A stretch of DNA of 64,000 nucleotides from Lama glama (lineage: Eukaryota). The stretch spans positions 1,056,001-1,120,000 of the forward strand of contig CM052817.1 of assembly GCA_028534125.1 (NCBI GenBank). Direction: 5' to 3'. Shown here piece after piece: positions 61,181-64,000 of the stretch. Both the position numbers and the translations under genes were made by a program. Below the pieces are notes generated by a model, which was not told the origin of the DNA, ran no database searches, and worked only from the letters and a program-made list of their open reading frames with translations. Position 1 is the stretch's first letter, and every line of letters begins with the position of its first letter.

Positions 61181-61649
61181 GATGCCTTGGCGGAAGTGTT
61201 TTGCTGTAACACTTGTTTAGCAGCAGTCAGAGTAGCTTTGGGCCCATCGAACAAAGGACGTGCTTGGTGATCTGCGCACAGACACTCGCCTTGAATCACA
61301 GACAGACTCTGCCACACGCCGTAGAGGAGAGAACACAGAGTGCTGCTCCGTCAAAGCACTGAGGTGGCAGCAAAGCCCAGGTGTGAACCAAACAAGCAGA
61401 ATGCTCTTCCTGACCAAGTCGGAACCATCACCTACCTCTCTCACCTCTGGAGAGAGGGCAGGGGGGTTATTAAATCTATCACATGCCTTAAAACTTCCGT
61501 TCTCTTATACCCTAACTGGAGAGAAAGTGAGACCGAAGAAGGCCCATCTTCCGGGAGGAAGCACCCAGAGAAAGCTGCGTGAGCAAGGCCCTGGCAGGTG
61601 CACCTGGGTAAAGGTGCAGAGGAGGGAAAGAGACAGAGAGTAAGACAGA

Positions 61650-62495
61650 CGCCCAACGCTGGCCGTCATCAGGGAACGTGAATCCGGACCACAAAGACCC
61701 CACTTCACACCCACGAGGATGGCTGCAAGCAAAAGGCAGACAATGAGAAGTGCTGGTGAGAAGGTGGACAAATCAGAAGCCAACACTCTGCCGGTGGGTG
61801 TACAGGGGTGCCGCTTTTTGGGAAACTAGTTCAGCAATTCCTCAGTAAATTAAGTACAGTCACCACTGAACTGTACGTTTTAAAATAGTTAGGATGGTAA
61901 ATTTTATGTTAGGTTATTTTACCACATTAAAAAGTTAAACACAGAATTACTATGACACAGAAATTCTACTCCTAGGTATCTACCCAAGAGAAATGAAAAC
62001 TTATTTCCACATGAAACCTTGTACATGAATGCTCACAGCAGTATTATTCACAACAGCCAAAGGTGGACACAACCCCAATGCCCACCAGCTCATGAATGGA
62101 TAAGCAAATGGAGTATCATTTGTTTGTTTATGCTGAAATACAAAGAATACATCATTCCACGGAATGCAATATTATTCAGCCATAAAAGGAATGAAGTACT
62201 GACATGCACTCAACCTGGATGAAGCTTGGAAGCGTTAGGCTCAGTGAAAGGGGACAGGCGCTGTATGATTCCATTAACATGAAACGTCCAGAACAGACGA
62301 ATGTGGAGACACAGAGCAGCCTTGTGGTTTCCACGGGGGACAGAAGAACAGGGTTTCTCTTTAGGGAGATGGAAACGTTCAAGAACTGGACAGCGATGAT
62401 GGTTGCAAAACCTTGCGAATGGACTAAAACCCGCTGAATTCACTGTAAAAGGGTGAATTTTATGGTGTGTGAATTATATCTTAATTTTAAAAAGA
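61650..62495 (+). mobile_element. L1MB/MC-type 3' end
   Basis: attctactcctaggtatctacccaagagaaatgaaaac...tattcagccataaaaggaatgaagtactgacatgc...gtgtgaattatatcttaatttt. Confidence 0.8.
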
Positions 62496-63184
62496 ATAAG
62501 TGGTGCACACCAAGGAGAAGGGCCTTTCCCTGGGAGCAGCGGGCCTGGAGGAAGCGCCAGGACTTGGAGGCATGGGTCAGGGCTGTGCCACAGGCAGGCA
62601 CGATCCCCGTAGAGCCTGTGAGCTGGGGCGGGGCGGGGGGGTGCTCAGGCAGGGCCTGAGCTGCTCTTGTTGGCTTCGGGCCTCAGCACCCACCACACCC
62701 TGAGGAAAGGCAATCACTGTCCCAGACGGGAGGAGTTCCAGGTCTCAAATTGAAAGGAGAAAAGCCCAAGTAGGCAAAGTTTATTCCAACAAGCAATAAT
62801 GACCGGCAGTGAGGACGAGCAGGGAGACAGTGCAGACTTGTTCTGCACCTCAGCGCACAGGAGGGCTCAGTGACTTCCCCCTCGGGCTGCTTCAGGCCCT
62901 GGGCTTTGTCATCTGGGGGGAAGGCGGGACCTGCACCTTTCACTGTTCGATACTTCTACTCCCTTCTGCAGCAACTGCCTTCGCTTCTAGTGGTGAAGAG
63001 CGATCATTTCTTTCACAATTAGGAACCTCTTGGCATCCTAGTTCTCTGCTCCTCCAAAAGAGTAACTACTAGAGAAATGCATGATTTCTTTCTTACGAAA
63101 AGAGCTTTTGGAAGAACTTCAGGCTTTTGAAATCATGTCAGCATCCCTAAGGATCTGATAATATTATGAGCTCATGTATCTTAC

Positions 63185-63299
63185 CACTGTGAAGTCAGGG
63201 TAGAAAATACATCATCTCTTTCCGAGTCCTGGAATAACTTCAGAGGTTCTGGATCCCCAGATAAGTGTGCAAGGATGCGCAACTCGATCTGCAAAAAGT
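63185..63299 (-). CDS. POLN: POLN exon (115 nt), polymerase motif A
   Basis: tctgacAG| (D)[44 protein letters not shown]; not in the ORF track. Confidence 0.95.
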
Positions 63300-63529
63300 C
63301 TGTCAGATAGAGAGCTCTGCTTAACTCAGGTCACCCACAATGTCCCTCGTTGTTGCGACCTCCCCTGGTGAAGCTCGACCCTCCCTCCCCAACGAAACAA
63401 GGTCAACATCCACACCTCCCACCTGCAGGGCCCTCTGGCCTCAGGGCTCCTGGCCATCCCTGTGTCTCAAAGTCCAAGAGAACTCTTCTGCCCTCGTGGG
63501 GCTGGCAGTGCCTCCAGGGTGGGCTGTAT

Positions 63530-63680
63530 CTATTCACCGCTTCATTCTGTATGTCAGAATTTTAGAAAGGGCCTACTGTGTGCCGGGCTGTGTGCTTGGG
63601 GTCCACTAGTGAACAAAACAGACAACAGTCCCTCCCACGTGGAGCCTATATTTGAGGAGAGGGAGGCAACTGGAGTGAAA
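63530..63680 (-). mobile_element. L2 3'-end fragment
   Basis: ggcctactgtgtgccgggctgtgtgcttggggtccactagtgaacaaaacagac. Confidence 0.6.
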
Positions 63681-64000
63681 CATCTGGTACGCTAGACGGC
63701 GAGAGAGGGAGTGGAAAAGAGGTCAGGGTGGGGAGGCTCAGGGCTGAGTGTGGGTGGGTAAGGCGCTGTTATGAAAAGGGCAGCGGACACCTCATCAAGA
63801 AAGGGGTGTCCGCACTGTGGCACAGAGGTGGAGGGCTTGCGAGACGGTGTCGGGGGAAGGGGTCCAGGCAGGGCTGGCGGTTGCTGGAGGACAGCAGAGT
63901 GACCAAAGCAGCTGCGGCAGGTGAGCAAGCTGTAGCGCCCGAGGTGCCCAGGCCGGTGCGGGGGCGGGCAAACTGAGCGGGACGGGGAGGCGCGGCTGGG

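Larger units (their letters stand above)
12426..63299 (-). pseudogene. POLN: POLN (DNA polymerase nu) 3' portion, eight coding exons, apparently disrupted; gene continues beyond the right edge
   Basis: Exons of 115, 83, 131, 111, 79, 68, 62 and 186 nt encode family-A polymerase motifs A, B and C. Identity as POLN is secure; the confidence value refers to pseudogene status, inferred from the frameshift, GG donor and premature stop. Confidence 0.6.

Overview
Mammalian genomic DNA, most likely a camelid: three copies of a tRNA-derived SINE resemble the camelid Vic-1 family (recognised from memory, no database search run). The very GC-rich left part holds the complete three-exon NAT8L gene (+ strand; CDS 1741-2116, 3405-3569, 5664-6031; 909 nt = 302 aa + stop) with a CpG-island promoter, a GCC repeat in the leader and a ~4.4 kb 3' UTR. 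Converging on it are the last eight coding exons of POLN (DNA polymerase nu, - strand, 63299 down to 12426). The strongest signal is that POLN looks damaged. One exon has a 1-nt frameshift and a GT>GG donor, the last exon has a premature TAG, motif A reads DFLQIELR instead of DFSQIELR, and only a weak GATAAA poly(A) signal is visible. However, skipping the damaged exon or using a consensus donor 94 nt downstream would each restore the frame. The 29 kb intron on the right is a nested stack of L1, Tigger2-like, MLT1 and SINE elements, including a TSD-flanked ORF1-only (HAL1-like) composite that spans a 500-N assembly gap. Almost all ORFs in the supplied track are GC-content artefacts. No prokaryotic-type system (CRISPR, operon) is present. 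Comparisons with human proteins are from memory and need alignment.
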